From the IMG/VR virus record IMGVR_UViG_3300048599_000548, positions 1-35,271 of that record: 35,271 nt of DNA; one strand, written 5' to 3'. Shown in pieces: positions 35,143 to 35,271 of this stretch. A program made the translations under genes and the position numbers. The DNA comes from a virus. Its lineage: Duplodnaviria > Caudoviricetes. Each line of letters begins with the position of its first letter. Position 1 is the stretch's first letter. The notes beneath the pieces were generated by a model that did not search any database, had not been told where the DNA came from, and saw only the letters and a program-made list of their open reading frames with translations.

Positions 35143-35177
35143 TGGATAATCTGGCCGTTGGCCGGGATGAATAGAAA

Positions 35178-35265
35178 CGGGCAGAAACCGGGGAGCGGTA
35201 ACTCCCCGACAAGTGCCTAAACACCTACAGAATAATCTGCTTCTGCTCGACCCTTCGCGATGGGT
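35178..35265. ncRNA. Candidate multi-hairpin structured RNA element
   Basis: CGGGCAGAA/TTCTGCTCG encloses three hairpins; perfect minus-strand TATAAT at 35266-35271. Confidence 0.5.
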
Positions 35266-35271
35266 ATTATA

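Larger units (their letters stand above)
2807..35271. mobile_element. Mu-like transposable prophage with contractile tail; right end not in window
   Basis: DDE transposase plus MuB-like ATPase, GemA, Mor, Mu-type terminase/portal/F/I/T, sheath and baseplate genes; no integrase seen. The exact left boundary is inferred. Confidence 0.93.

Noticed and set aside
33659-35271. Possible tail-fibre variation system (DGR or invertase cassette)
   Set aside because: No reverse transcriptase, template/variable repeat pair, invertase or inverted fibre copy in the window; cannot be excluded beyond the edge

Overview
The window holds the 3' part of a host pyruvate phosphate dikinase gene (ppdK), which carries an unusual Lys/Ala-rich tail. 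It is followed from about nt 2807 to the window end by an apparently intact Mu-like (transposable) contractile-tail prophage; the right end lies outside the window. The host is possibly a spirochaete, which is inference only. The gene order differs from Mu. It runs: left end, lysis (M15 endolysin, holin, probable unimolecular spanin), packaging/portal/MuF, a cluster of small Cys-rich ORFs, a leftward repressor plus accessory operon, then the early transposition module (Ner-like, DDE transposase, MuB-like ATPase, GemA, Mor), and finally protease/capsid and tail genes. The main unannotated signal is a ~95-nt structured minus-strand RNA with its own sigma70 promoter. It abuts the stop codon of a MuF head protein with a nuclease-like C-terminal extension, making a candidate toxin/RNA-antitoxin pair. 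Other signals are four promoters sharing a TAAC-N4-GTTA box exactly 24 nt before a TAnnnT -10 element (candidate Mor regulon), a second structured RNA at the right edge, 10-bp-phased repeats at the left end, a non-canonical tail chaperone frameshift and recurrent ALN motifs that may be protease cleavage sites. All product calls come from motif recognition and synteny; no searches were run.
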